Below are positions 38,485 through 52,716 of a stretch of DNA of 64,000 bases, piece after piece (position 1 is the stretch's first letter; each line of letters opens with the position of its first letter). Under the pieces are notes generated by a model. That model was not told where the DNA came from. It did no database searches and saw only the letters and a program-made list of their open reading frames with translations. The position numbers and the translations under genes were made by a program. The DNA is from Hyphochytrium catenoides (lineage: Eukaryota > Protista > Hyphochytriomycota): contig FLMG01003914.1 of NCBI GenBank assembly GCA_900088475.1, positions 57,025-121,024 of the forward strand. The letters are read 5' to 3'.

Positions 38485-39664
38485 GTCAACTGGGGGTGGG
38501 GTACCCAAAGCAAGGTTAAGCTTCCGATTGAGAGTACTACCTCTCTAGCTTCTCATTAACTCTTATCACACAGTTCCTTGTGGTGCGTGACCCATGAATC
38601 CTTTTGATGTATGGTGCCTCTTAGACTTATCGCCGCGATGGTGGTCCCTTGCTTCCGACCAACAGGTCCTTTAGAGAGGAACTGCTGAGCATCAGCGGGT
38701 CAGCAGGTGAGCCACTTGCTAGGGAAGAAGACTACAACCCATAGCTTGCAGGAAGAAAGGAGGAGCAAACCCTTGATGATTGATGAAGTGGAGAGAGCGC
38801 TGCAGTAAGTGCAAGCACAGATTGATGAGGGCGTTACAAACAGGATGGTATTGCGAATATATCTTGTCTATCTCTCGCAAATCCCGCTTTATAAATGGAG
38901 TATATATAACTATCGTGATAGCTCTATGGGTACGAAACACCCTTTGGTCCCGGGCGGAAAGCAATAGCGAATATCGTCGTCCTCGGACATACATACAGTG
39001 GTTGTAGCACTCCTTTCCCAGACTTTCCCTTGGACTTCCCAGAGCTTCTCCTGGAGTAAGGACAGAACTTCTTATTTTGCTTGATGTGGCAGCGTTCTTG
39101 TTGCTCCTGCTTCTCTCACTCTCTCTCCCCCTCTGTCTCTGTCTCTGTCTCTGTCTCTATCTCCCTCTCTCTATGTGTCTCTCTCTCTCTATGTCTCTCT
39201 CTTCTTCTTCAATCTTTCTCTTGCCTCTGTTCCCGTCGATTCACCTCAGTAGGCTGGTGCTTCTCATTGCGCTTCTTCTCTCGTTGCTCGCTTTGTCGCA
39301 AGCTTCTAGAGGCCTTTCCTTCCCCAAAGGCCGACCGCAGCATCTGGTCTGTCCGAAGCAGTGCTTTATTTGTACCTAACAAACGCCTGTCGGTCGCGTT
39401 CTCTGCTGGCAGAGCGTGTAGAAGAAGGTAGAGAAAGCCACGGAGAGATCACGAGCAGCAAGGGAGGGAGTCAGCACTGCTGACGTGCAAACAAACCCCT
39501 CGAGTTAATGAAGAGAGGGATAGCTGCGACGTTGAAGGAGGCTGGGAGGGCTTGGGAGCGTCCAGAAGTTGAATGATCTACATGCAGAAGACAGCAAGCC
39601 GTGAGGAGGTCAAAAACGCCAAGAGGCACAATTGAAGATCAGTGCCTGGTATTAAGGAGTCACT

Positions 39665-42600
39665 ATGGGTAACGCCCGCTCCAAGCACTCGAACGCAGGC
39701 GGAGGGCCCTCGAGGCCTGGTGAAGGAGGAAGCACTGTCGGTGCGCTGGGGCTCAGTCACTTCTACTTTGAAGAGGTAAGACCTTGCTCTCGCTATTCCT
39801 CACTAATTTCCTATCTTTTGCTGAGGCCTTCTACTCATCCTGGTGGTACTTAGGATCTCGAAGAGAAAGAGGAGCACAGTCCTCGCCTTCTTACTCCCAG
39901 TAGGTTACCCTTCTCAGCTAGCGGAGAGGAAAGCATGCTGGGCCAGAAGCTTCGTCCAGGCATTTACTGCTGGGACGGCACTCTGAAAAGGAGTACTAAG
40001 GCTGCGCACCCTCTGTCGGAAGAACAAGGGGAGGAGGAAGAGGAGAAGGAAATAGATACTGAGCTAAGGGAAGAGGCAGGGAAGGAGGGTAGGATGGTCC
40101 AGCCTCACCGCTGTTTAGAGCTTTTGGGAGTGGAAGCTGCGTCCGCGTCCGCTGGCAGCCGTCATACGTGTGTGCTAGCAGAAGATGGTACGGTCCTCTG
40201 CTCCGGAAGTAATGCAGACTACCAGGTACGGGCTATGTTCTTCTTCTGTTATTGTCCTTGTTACCACTTTTGTCTTCTCTTCTAAACACTGGGTACTCTA
40301 AGATGCTGAAGAGCGTGCTTCGTGGACTGCTGCAGTTCTGGGCCCTAACCCTCCTCGGACTTTCTTCTGCTTGCTCGGGGTTCTCTAATGGTAGATTGGG
40401 CACGAAGATCGGTCCTTCTATAGCGAGATGCCTGCCCCGCTATCCTTCTCGCCGTCTTCTCTTCTGTGCGTCTCCGTGTCCTGTGGGGACTCCTTCACTG
40501 CACTTGTGACTTCCACCGGTGCACTATATACCTTTGGTGCCAATGAGGCAGGACAATGCGCACAATCCGTCCGAAACTGGAGCCTCCAGGGCTCTACGCC
40601 GACTAGGCCCAGAAAGGTGAATCTTCTTTTGTTTTTTGAACGAACTCGTTCTCGATCGCTTTTTTCTTCTTCACCTTGTTCTAGAGTCTGGTTTCCTATA
40701 CCTCGTATCTCCGCAGCTATGTGTCCTATTGCCAATGAAGCGCACCTACGCCCACAGGCAGTCCTTTGTGTATCGATTGTACGAGGTCTAGCTTGCCTTG
40801 CCACCGTTGTGGGCTACTCCCAGGTGCTCCTCCGTCGGCAAATTGCTTTATCGGAGACTCTTTTTGTCTCTCGCTTTATCAAGGGCATCTATCTATTTAT
40901 CTATCTACAGTACTCAACCATCGTCACTTGGTTTCTCTTGGTGCTAGGTTGAAGGCCCTCTAAAGGATGTTTTCCTTGTTTCGGTGGCCTGTGGATCGCA
41001 TCATCTTCTGGCTCTTGATCGGATGGGAGGAGTCTGGACTTGCGGGGGAGGCGAGAGTGGACAGCTAGGAATAGTATTGGAAGGAGGAAGAAAGAAGTAT
41101 GACGAGCTTTCTCGGCCCCATCTGTCTCTTTCCACTGCCCTAATCTCCTATCTCCTGCCCTAGTTCCAAGACTGTCACCAAGTTCCCTCTGTCTCTGCGA
41201 TGTGCTGCGCTAACTCCTCCTCCCCCATCTCCTCCACTTTGCTCTTTTCTCTCAATCTGGGCTGCACTCTTTTCTTCCCTCCATATGTTGCAGCTTGTCT
41301 ACCCCTACTTTGATCCCGACCCTCCAGGGGAGAGCCGTCACCCAAGTGGTGGCATCTGGAGCGCAGTCTGCAGCCTTGACCGCCAGCGGCCAGGCATTTA
41401 TCTGGGGCGCACAGATCTCACCTTCGAGCTCGCCGGCTCCTTCCTGCCTCTGTCGCACCTGCCGGCTACGGGCGTCATCCTCGGCTTCCCTATCATCCTC
41501 TGTACTGACAGCGAAAGGACAGGAAGAGAAAGCGCGAGCAAGCACAGCAGTAGTGCAAGTGAGGAAGTTTACCGTCCCTCAGCCAGTGCCTCCTCGGCTA
41601 ACACAAGAGCAACGGATAGTCTCTTTGTCCTTGTCTCGATCATTCTGTCTGGCACTTACACAGCCTGGTTTGGCCTACTGCTTAACCTTCATTGATGCAG
41701 TGGGACAACCATCATATCTGGACTTTTTCCGGGACTATATACCCCTAACAGATGGCGGCGGCAGAGAGGAAGAAGGGAAAAAGGCCGGACACCCTCACGT
41801 GCGCCCTGAGAAAGGGAGAGAGGGCAAAGGCAAAGGGAAGAAAGGGACACTTGGCATAGACGGGCCTAAGTGGGGGTTAAGTTCAGCGATTGTTTGCACG
41901 CAGGGGATGCCCCTGACGGAGGAGACGGCAGAAGAGCAGGTAAATCTAAGAAAGGGAGTCGAATCACAGTGTAGAACAGGCCATAGTACGGTTGTAGTAC
42001 CAGAAGAGAAGAGGAAGGACCCTTTGATAGCCTAAAGTAAAGGGGCACAACCTGAGGGGGGAAATGCGCGTGCCCACACCGAACGCCGCGTAGTAGGCAG
42101 ATAATGTGGAAGAAGGGGAAGCACTAAATAATTCGAATGGCTTCGAAGCAGATAGAGAGGCGAAGTTTGAGAGGAGGAGCTGACAGCGGGGGTTAGGGAT
42201 AATTTCCCAAGGTCGATTGACGAGGACCGCTCTTGCTTGTTAGGAATCCTCTACCTTTGCTCCACTACGAGCGGTCTTGCAGAGTTCTTCGACGCAAGAC
42301 TGCGCCTTCCTTCTGGCTCTTGACCGAGATGGGCACCCTACCCAACAAACTGCCTGCTACATGGTCACCGGCAGGACCAGACAGAGAAAGCACTGTGCAT
42401 ATGGTGAGGACTGCGGTCTAAAGCGTGTGTTGAGTTAAAATCTTCTTACAGATGCTATAAGCTAAAGCTGGTGCTCTGAGCTATCATCCACCTTGTGTCT
42501 ACTTATACAATGCCGAGACATCAAACGCGTGTCCAAGTCTCTCAAACCGCACTTCGTGGCATTTAGCCTCTCATCCGTGTCACTAACTTAGATTTGGGTG

Positions 42601-45600
42601 TCCATGACTTACACAGACTCAATCACTCTGATGGGCTTGCCTCACTCTTCAGAGCTGAGCATTGCTGTGGCCTCGCAAGTAGATTATTTCTGGTGATGCT
42701 TCTTTCACTTCCTCCTTCTGCTCCGTTATATCCCTATGTTGACAAGTGTTCCTTCTGGCATTCGTCGTCGGCTCCATCAAGCTCTCACTGAACCCTTTTG
42801 CCGTTTGGTCATTGCGTCTGTCATCGCTTTGCCTTTAGAATTTAGAGAAGCTTTCTCGAGGTCAGCTCACACGGTTCTCTCTTTCTCTTTGATAGGTTGT
42901 TTGATCAGCTAGAAGAAACGGAAGTTTACGAGGTACAGCAGCTTTTGGCTTGCTCGAATAGCAAGACCGCTTACTTCCGGTCAGTGCTAGGAATATAACC
43001 TGACCTACATGTCAGCCACCTTGCCACTTTTTTCCCACTCACTCTCTGTGACTGTCCGGGGCGTCCCGTGCTGTTAATCTCTGCTGCTCGTGTTGCGATC
43101 AGTGTGGGCCGGTCGAAGGACACTTCTCAGATAGTGAGGCGCGCTGATGGTCTCTATCGCCTATATCGCATTGACTGGGAGGACTTCAACCGCCTACTTG
43201 AGGCCGAAGACTTCGATAGGATTGAGCAGATTATAAGGTAAACGCACTCTTCATGGCGCTCGCGTTTGGGTTGATGTGTGGCGTCTGGTACTGCGACTGT
43301 CTCTCTTTCTGTCTCTCCCTCGGTCTCTCTCTCTGTCTTCTCTCTCGCTTCCTGTCTCTCTTCCTGCAACTCTACATTTATCTTACACTTTATCGTTTTC
43401 GACTTTCCATTTTCTGGCTACGTTTCCAGTCTCTACATCCCTAGCCGGCTGTGTCTCTGCTGGCTTTCCCTTCTTCGTTTCGTGCGTTGGTTTTCTCTCT
43501 CTCTTTGTCTCTCTCTTTCTCTCCCTCTCTCTCTATGTGTCTGTGTCTGTGTCTGTGTAACTCTCGGTCGTGAGCCCTCAACCTGTTTCTTTTATTTCTC
43601 TCTCTCTCTCTCTGGCAACCTTATCCCTTATGAAACATCAGCTCACCAAAATCATCCCTTAGGACGGCATTCCTTTCCCCTGGAGACTGTCTCTCCACCA
43701 CTGGGTGCTTGTCTTTTGTTACCGATGTCGGAAGCCTGAGGCCAAACTCCCCACGCGGAGGCTTGGATCTAGAGTGTGTGCTACGGTTAGTTGACGATTT
43801 CCTGTGCCTTCCACTGTGAAAAACTCTTGATTTGTTGTGTGTAAGCGATCACTAAGGATCCTCTACTCACTTTGACATAGTTGCTTATCTTCCTCACTGC
43901 GATTCGCACTGTTGGCCCCCTCCTTGCGGACTGACGCCTTGTTCACCTGCAGTTTTTACGCTTATCTGGTGGATGTTGCTCCCTTCCAGCTTCAGCGTAG
44001 AGTCTTTCGCCTCTTCTGCGAGCTGCTGGAGCGCCTACCCCTTATACCTCTTGATACAGCGGACGGCCCTCGAATGTGGCTTCTCCTTCTTTGTTGTCCT
44101 CTTTACTCTGTCATGCTTAAAAGCAGCAAGGAAAAGGTATGGGATAAAGAGAGAGCGAGAGGGGCTGGAAATGTAAACAGGACACTCAACGGCTCTGTAA
44201 CTCGCCCTTCCTCTTCTATCAGCATTCTCCTGTCCTGGGATCACCCTTTGCCTGCTGATCGCTTATATCAAAGGTCTTACGGTTCTTTAATTTTAGGTGC
44301 GGGCCGCTGAGGCCATTGACCGACTGATCCTCTCTTGGTCCCAAGCACCTGAAGCTCTTCGCCTTCTGCTGAAGCACTGGATCGCCCTTCAGGAGCCAGA
44401 AGCTCCGAAGTTCCTTATGAGGCTTTTCAAGGTTGGACCCCTGTCGATCACTGGTGTCTCTTATGTAAACTTCACGGCAGTCATCCATTCTTCTGTCTTC
44501 TTCGTCTCTCTCTCCATCCCCCGCAACCTTCCCACCATCCCTCTCACTCTGTTCCTCTCTCTCTGTTCTCTCCTCTCTCCAGGCTATGGTGGCCACTATA
44601 AATGGCTATCTGGACTTCCTCATCTCTACAAAGTCAGCACTCACACCTAATGCTCTGCAAAAGGTAAGGGCTGGAAAAGAATGGCAACAAGTTTAACTAA
44701 TTATCAGATATTTCTCTCTTTACGCTCTTGCTCGTCTCATATTAGACGCTGTGTTCATCAGGCTTCCTCTCTTGTTTAGGTGTTTGGCCACCAACTACTC
44801 TGGGATCCTGGCTAGCTCTGTTATCACTCCCTCCCTCTGACTGTTATACCGTTAGTTGACATTGTCAATTCATTGCCATTGTAGCCAGTGGAGATGCTGA
44901 AGGACCTTTACGAAGCCAACTCGGCTGCAAAGCTTATACCTTACCCGTATTTCTACAATGACTCGGTCAACGCTTTCCTTCTGAAGCACACATTGCTGGC
45001 GAACGACTACATGCGATGGCTGACGCCGACTTCTTCATCTTCTTCCTCTCCAGCCTCTCCGTCTGCTTCCCTTTCACCGTCACCTTCACGGCAGTTCTCC
45101 TTCTGTCAGTATCCCTTTATGCTTAACACGTACACCAAGAGTCTACTCATCAAGCTGAACTCTATGAGAGAGATGAGACAGAGCGTGCAAAACACATTAA
45201 TTGAGAGGTAAGCCTAGCGTTGGACATGTCCACTCACGATGAAGAAGGAGAAAGACGGAATCCTAGCTGGGGGCAAGGGTTGGAGAAGGGGCTAGAATAG
45301 CAGAAGCGACACTTTTTCGCCCAAGGGAAAGATGTTGAAGATTGTCATAAGATTGGCTATAGTGGAGACTGCTTCACAGTGTTTTGTGAGATAGCATCTC
45401 CTTTTTTTTGTCCTGCATAAGTACTTGTCGACGCCTGACCCTACGTATCTCTGCCACATGCCTCTCTCTACAGCTTAGTGCTAGGGACACATGTCAACGG
45501 CTCGTTTACAATGGCTGTCCGACGTGAACGGATTCTGGAAGATGCGATGAACAACCTTGTGCATGCGCCACACACCGAGGTTAGATATCTCTCCGCGTCA

Positions 45601-48164
45601 GGTGTATTGACTTCTTGCCAGAGCATTGTCCCTAGAGCCTTGACCCTGTAATGCTCTCTCTCTTTCTACTCTCCGCTGCTTGATATGGAAGAACATGTAC
45701 CGAGCTGCATTCTTTACTCTTTTTATCCGACTAATTTGGGGATATAATCTCCTACGACTTGACAAAATGCCGACCTTTTATGATCTAAATGTTGTAGCTC
45801 AAGAAGCCGCTTCGAGTCGTGTTTGTTGGCGAGGACGGGCTCGATGAAGGAGGAGTGCGCAAGGAGTTCTTCCAGCTGGTCATAAGAGAGCTGTTTAACC
45901 CAGACTTTAGGTGATAGCTGAATATGGGACCTTCTGTACCTGCGTCACCTTGGCAGACGGGCTCTGCCACCTCGTACTTCCTGTTCGTTCTCTCGTTCCT
46001 GCTCATGTCTTACTTTTGAGCGTCTTTATCTTGCTCTATGGTGACCTTACCTTTATTTTGCATGCTCTTTGTGTCTGTTCTGCCCTGCCTAGCGCTGAAG
46101 ATGTCGTTACCTTCCCTCCCTTTTCCTACGAAAAGCTTCGTTTGTGTCGATTTCCCTGGATCTAACACTGACTACCCGTCAATCCCAGTATGTTTATTTA
46201 TGAAGAGGAGCACGGCTTGTACTACTTCAATCCAGACACCCTCGAAACCACAGTGCAGTTCCTCCTGGCAGGTTCGTCCTCTCTAGGGTGTCTTCTTACA
46301 ATCCCCTGGGGACTACCACCTCAGAGCGGCTAGGAATGCCGTTCAGACTTGTATCACCATGCGCAAACTGATTCCTCTCGGTCTACTTCGGTCCTATGCT
46401 GCAGGGATACTCATAGGCCTAGCTATCTACAATGGGATTCTGCTGCCGGTGCACTTTCCCCTTGCTGTCTGGAAGAAGCTGCTCGGTGTACCGCTAGATC
46501 TTTCAGACCTTAAGGAGGCAGACCCAGCGCTGGGGTGAGCTCCCTCTCTCTCTTCTTCACGGACTCTATGTTCATTCCCTTTTGACCCTTTCCCCATCCT
46601 TTAGTTTATCGCACTGTTCTTGCCCTCGCTACGCTCTTTTTAGGGCGGGGCCAGGGCAAGATGAGTCTTGCCTAGTATCCTCTTAACTCGTCCTTCTTTA
46701 TATCTCTTAAGATACGGATTAGAGGCTCTCTTGGACTACGAAGGGGAAGACTTAGAGTCGGTCTTCTCTCTGAGCTGGGTCGTAAACCGCGTCACAGCTT
46801 ATGGAGAGACAAAGACAGTTGAGCTTGGCCCTGGAGGGCAGGACGTTGCGGTCACACAGGTAACTAGAGACAACAACCAGATTAAGAGGGACGTCGATCG
46901 CTATACGACGCGAGAGGGAGATAGGGCGCCAAGATAAGGGCGGGCAGGGACTTGTCCCAGCTGAGCAAGCATCTTTCGTCGTGCAGATTGTTCGTCACAT
47001 TTATATAGGTGGTTCTTCCGGACATTGTGGCTGTACTCCTCTTCTATACGGGACCCGGTGTACTAGCATCTTTGCCAAGAAAGTTGTCTCGGGACTAAGT
47101 ATTCACAGCCCTTCTCTCTCTCGTCTATCTCCTTGCAAATTCTCCTCCACTCGAATTAGACCAACAAGCGCGAGTACGTTCGTCGGTACACAGATTGGCG
47201 GCTGGTGGAGAGCGTTCGCTGCTACTTTGACTCCTTCGTCGAGGGCTTTCACAGAGTCTGTGGGGGCCCGGTCCTTACGCTATTTAGGCCCGAGGAGCTC
47301 CAGGAGGTGAGGACGATGCGGGCAGGCAGGCAAATTAAGTGGCAGGGATAGGAGGAGAAATAGAGTAAGGCACACGTGATGGAAGTGACAAGTTGGACAT
47401 GCTAATGCAGAGGCTAACAGCCCAAGCAGTCGATGACTAAAGCGACACTGAGAAGGGATTTAGGGTTGCCTCCGACGCTACTGTCGCTTCGCTCGACAGT
47501 ACTAGACCCTTCACTGGCCGGGCTAAGCTGTCTCACTCTGTTTCGCCTACCTCTGTATTTTATCTAACCTTGTTATCGCCATAGGTGGTGATAGGCTCCA
47601 CTCACCTCGATATGAGAGAGCTTGAATCTGTCACTCATTATGGCGGTGGCTACCGGGCCGACCACCCAGCAGTGCGCGCCTTCTGGCGCGTGATACACTC
47701 GTGGCCCGTGGAGTTGCAGAAGAAGCTCCTCTTCTTTGCGACTGGGACTGATAGAGTGCCCGTAGGAGGGCTTAGAAGTCTTAGGTAGCACACCCCCACC
47801 CCACCCTGGTCATTGTGCGCTACATTGCTTGTAAAGTCCTTTCGTTCTGCTTGTGGTGCTGACTTCTTGCCATTTTCCACGGTTTGCTCTTTCTTAACAC
47901 TGCCGATAGCGGCAGGATCACGCTTAGCAACCAAGCTCTTCAACCACGGTACTCCTCCATTTTATGAACTTACGCAATTTCTTGCTCTCAATTTCCATCA
48001 TCGGCAGGTTTGTCCTCCATTGCTCTGGAGATGATACAGAGCGCTTGCCGACAGCTAGCACGTGTTTCAACACTCTCTACTTACCGCATTATGCCTCCGA
48101 GGCCAAGCTAGAATCCAAGCTTAGGGCAGCCATAGAGTTCGCTGAAGGATTTGGGCTGATGTAG
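39665..48164 (+). CDS. HERC-like E3 ubiquitin ligase (N-terminal RCC1 repeats, C-terminal HECT), multi-exon
   Basis: RCC1 repeats: [62 protein letters not shown]...[14 protein letters not shown]: [82 protein letters not shown] (catalytic Cys), AEGFGLM*. Confidence 0.93.
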
Positions 48165-48887
48165 TGCCTTACATATATCACTTACACGAAAAGGCCCTTT
48201 AAAGTGCGCAGTTCTTAGACCCTCTGCCTTGAACTTATTGTCAGCTCATGAAGGGCCCTATCTAGCGACTCGATGCATGTGGTTGCTAACAAAAGGACCG
48301 CAGCAACTCCGTAATGTTGAGCATACCTAGATAATCCCTATGGGCGGTGTCTGCCATCCTAGGCATCCTAACTGTCAGTTTAAGTGGGCCCCAAAAGGCT
48401 AAATGCCTTACGGGCAAAAGATAAAGCGCGATGGAGTTCATCCTTTGGCCAGCTTTCGTCAAGCGTAAAACTGGCGTAGGTCCATCTCGGATAATATCAC
48501 GGATAATCCCATCTGCCAACGCGCCGCAACGCCCAACCTCTAGATTGCCCACGATTAATTAGCTGAAGGATGGCCTACTCCTGAGATGAGCATGGACATA
48601 AAAGAGCTGGTGCAGGTAGTTATTTATGCAGAACACGAGAGGGGCGACTATTATGAAGCTTCCAGTGTGAACCGCACTCTTCCCAGGCGATATCGAAGGT
48701 AAATGAAGGCGGAAAGGATGATGTACATTCGAGTGCTCGTTTATTCTTACAATCTATGCCATGTTGCATATAGCTGAAACTATAGCTGATCAACAATAAT
48801 AAATAAATAGCGCTGGGGTAAGAGGAAGAAGCAGCAACATGTTGGGGAGAAAGGAAGCAGGGGAGTGACACAGAACAATAGGTCTTA

Positions 48888-49811
48888 TCACACTCTCTGC
48901 CGCCGCAGTGCATGGATGGGGCTGTTTCTCCCACTGCTAGAGGTTCCAGTGCTAGCCGTTGAGTCTGATGATAGTCGTAGTGCCTCTTTCTCTTGTCCTG
49001 GAATCTTGTTTCTATTAGCTCCGTTGCCGCTGCCCTTCTCTAATCCTTTGCTCCAACCAAAGTACTCCTCTTCTAGGTCGTCACAGTTATCGGTGTAGGC
49101 CAGGAAGCCATCCATAATGTATGCGAGAGAGTGGACTATTGAGTTCTTCTGGTTTCGTTCTTCCTCCCCTCCATGGTCAAGAAAGATTGCTGACCCAAAA
49201 GCTGTGAGACAAACGGTAACAAACTGGTGCAGCTTTAGGCACCGCTGCTGCAGACTGGAGCGTCTATTTAGAGAAAAGAGAGCTTTCTTCGGAAAGCCAG
49301 TCAATTGTAGGCGTGTTTCCCAGTCTTTGAAAGTGAGGAGGCCCCACTGCTGATCAGGATACGCCCGAAGTAGAGAGAGAATAGCCTTTCTGAACGAACA
49401 AAACTGCCGAAAAGAATAGGCTACCCGCCAGGTCCGGCACGGTACCGCCTGATAAGAAGAAGACAAAGCACCTGGAAGTGATCTCCTGCCTGGTGTTGGG
49501 ACTGTGCTGCTACGACCCCAAACGGCAGGAGAGTCCTCATAAGAATAGGTTGAACAAGTTGCACAGGAAGCAAGGGCTCTTCCATAGTGTAGACCGTGTA
49601 GAGAGACGACTAGGTCGTAGCATGACTGATCATCTGAAGTCGACAGTGGATGTTTCTCGCTGTTTAGGAGGACCTGTGCCGACAATCTCACCGGGACGCT
49701 GAGTGAAGAGCAGTCCAGCCCTGGTCGCTGTGTACTAAAGCTAGCTCGCAAAGAGTGCAGACTCTGCGAATACCTATCCGTAAAGTCGCTACTTGAGCGT
49801 GTCTTTGCCAT
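48888..49811 (-). CDS. PX (phox homology) domain protein, single coding exon
   Basis: 307-aa ORF with WRVAYSFRQFCSFRK...FPKKALF...LQQRCLKLHQFV, which follows the PX domain pattern. Confidence 0.7.
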   Translation of the reverse strand: MAKTRSSSDFTDRYSQSLHSLRASFSTQRPGLDCSSLSVPVRLSAQVLLNSEKHPLSTSDDQSCYDLVVSLHGLHYGRALASCATCSTYSYEDSPAVWGRSSTVPTPGRRSLPGALSSSYQAVPCRTWRVAYSFRQFCSFRKAILSLLRAYPDQQWGLLTFKDWETRLQLTGFPKKALFSLNRRSSLQQRCLKLHQFVTVCLTAFGSAIFLDHGGEEERNQKNSIVHSLAYIMDGFLAYTDNCDDLEEEYFGWSKGLEKGSGNGANRNKIPGQEKEALRLSSDSTASTGTSSSGRNSPIHALRRQRV

Positions 49812-52582
49812 CACGCTGGTATTTTGTGTACAATAGGGTTCACCCTGTAGAGCTCTGGCGTGACCTTACGGCTCCAGAGCTTCAGTATCTGAAATGTGAA
49901 GGCTCTTTGCCAGAGGAGCTGTAGAACCTCAGCTTGAGACTCCCACTGACTGCTTACCGCGGCCCAGTTGTTTTCAGAAGAGACGTATTCTTTTGGCGTA
50001 CCAATGCACCACTTCTTAGAAGCAGCGGCAACAGAGACGAAATTTTATGACCGCATAACTCCTTTGCGAAGAGTCCTACACTCTTGGCTCTCCTCTCTCT
50101 ACACCGCTCTGTTACTTGGCAATGTGAATATTTGATCACTTGATCTTCCTGGTTCCACGGTTGGCTAGTCTCTTGGCGCTATCGGTGCTCCATTTGCTTG
50201 CAGATTACTTTTGGAGGTCGCTTTGGCTGCGCCGTCAGCGCCCGATGACCAGCATCGGCCTGCAGGTATCGCCGCACCTCAGGGGTGAATGTCCCCACAA
50301 TGGTCACTAAACCTATCTTTTAGATGGGTACTGTCGTCGTCCTGCTAGGATTGTGGGAGTATGTGGCCGATGATGGACACACAAGAACAGAGATTTGGAC
50401 GTTTAGTTTGGGGAAAGAGAAAGGCAGAAGCAGGTCTCTGGAGCAGAGGGATACCACGAGACAGAGCACCGCTAGATGAGAGATTGATGAGAAAAAAGAC
50501 TGACATCTTGCAAGACAGGGTGATAAGAGGTGTGGATGCTGGAAATATAAGAAGGGCTTTGTCTGTTGCAGAATCAGGGAAGAAAAGGGAGAACACAGAG
50601 GCATTCGCCCAGACCAGGCACTTGACTTCATAGCTGAGGAAGAGCGAAGTATCTCAAGAAAGAGCGTCTGAAATGATAGATAAGTATAGGGTTAGGGGGT
50701 AGGAGATAGAGTCTGTGGGTGATAGATAAAGGGAGAAGCAGCCTGCAGTTGCAGTTCCACTACAGTTATTCTCCGATGGAGTATTGGACGTTGGGTGAGC
50801 GCAGCCAGGGGTATTATCTATAGACCGTTGAAACCCACAACATCAACGGCCAAATTGTATGGGGAGGGGAAAATTTTTTGAAGGCACGGCTGCCACAAGC
50901 AGCCAAAAGCGGGATGGGTGGGGTGTACTTGTTAGTAAAATGTATGTGGATCAAAAGCCGTGGAATAATCCATTAGTCTAGGATGACGAGTTATACCTGT
51001 CTGGGGCGGATGGGGGGACCGGGCTGGGTTTGGGTCTCGCACCTCACCTTCCTCTTGTCGCCGCCAACACACTCTCAGTCTCTTTCAAGGGACTTTAGCG
51101 AACAGGTCTGTGTAAAGGCTTGCAGGCTCTGGAAGAGTGTTCTGTACTTGAAGTTTGAGCCCTGGCAGGCAAAGACAGGTTTCGAAGGTGGAACAACTAC
51201 AGAAAGCTGACGGTCAAGCGGGGGTGAGAAGGCTGGCTTTCAAGATAAGAGCAAAAAGTCAAAGAACCTTCAAAGGGTACGAACATCTGTGCGCACTGGA
51301 CTTGTAGAACCACTTTCAACCTCTGGCCTACTCTTGCTGTCAAGGACCTGGGCAGCTTCTACCCATAGAACTCTTACGAGTAGGAACAGCGGAACAGCTA
51401 CGTCCAGAAAGTAATCGCAAGCACATCCCTTAGAAAGTACAAGTCCAGAACGTATAGAATTCTGCTTTCATCAGCACCACCTTCATAGGTCTGGGTATTT
51501 CTTGTAAGCGTGATTAGGGGAGTGAGAGCTGGAGTGAGCTGTACAACGTAAAACAGGTAAGACGCAGTAGTATCTGACCTGTTAAGGGCGCGTCTGGATT
51601 CCGGCAAGGGACTTTTCCCTATAGAAGCAATATTCCATTTTCAAACTTTATGGAATAATGGGCGAATATTCTATAATACCCCTTTATTGGGAATACCTTG
51701 GAAACTCTCATCGTGTTTGGATTCACAAGAGCTGTGAGAAGGAGGAGGAGCTCGATGTCGCTAACGGCAAGTGATCGGTTGAAAATTTCATCTCACTCTA
51801 GCTCATCGCTCGTCGCCGTGATGAGTGATGAGAACAAGCAATAAAATAGCTTTTCCTTCTCTCTTCGCCATCTCTTTTCGCCATCATCATCATTGCCAAA
51901 TCACGAGGAGAAAGAGGTGGTAGGACGAACGAGAAGAGGAGGAGCGGGATTGACCTCATGGGAAGTAGAGTCTGCCTTCTAGCCTTCTATTAATTTTAGG
52001 GAGAAACGAAGAAGTATCTGCCTGTTCGTAGAGCAGCACGCAGCGATCAGCAGCATGATGCCGTCATCGTTATCACGAGGAAGAGATGATGATAATGGTA
52101 TGGAGCAGGGCAAGAGGAAGAAGAGATTTGTTTGCAAGTCACTACTGATGATGAGAGAATAAGTTAGGTAAATAAGTAGTTACCCAGCCGGAACTTTAAG
52201 GCCACCAAATGCTAGCCGTTACCCAGCCGGACAAAGGACGAGCAGTTTTTACTTGTACCTGCACAGGTACTCGTACAACTACAGCGTACTCTTATCTGAA
52301 GATCTGAAGCCTGGGAATTGAGTGCCAACCAAAGATAACCATACGGTGATTATCTGTCAGAATCAGTTCAGGAAGGGTTTGACACTTCACAACAGAAATT
52401 ATCCGAAATCGGGGTCATACGATTCCTGATAATGATGACCTTGTTGACGGATCTCCAGCCATTCACCGCACCAATTCCTGACATAGAGACTCTCTGTGGT
52501 AACAGAGGCAGAGAGGCCACCATCAATGACTGAGAAAGCAGTTCTTTCAGAGATCAAACCCTACTCGCCCCCACCACCAAGA

Positions 52583-52621
<39 letters not shown>

Positions 52622-52716
52622 NNNNNNNNNNNNNNNNNNNNNNNNNNNNNNNNNNNNNNNNNNNNNNNNNNNNNNNNNNNNNNNNNNNNNNNNNNNNNNN
52701 NNNNNNNNNNNNNNNN
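52622..52716. other. Assembly gap (N run) following a (CT)n tract
   Basis: Run of N after CT repeats. Confidence 1.

Noticed and set aside
43154-43739. Leu/Ser-rich and Arg/Glu-rich ORFs (also ~16900-17300, ~39077-39431, ~57610-57980, ~62350-62886)
   Set aside because: These are translations of CT/GA microsatellite tracts in introns or intergenic DNA.
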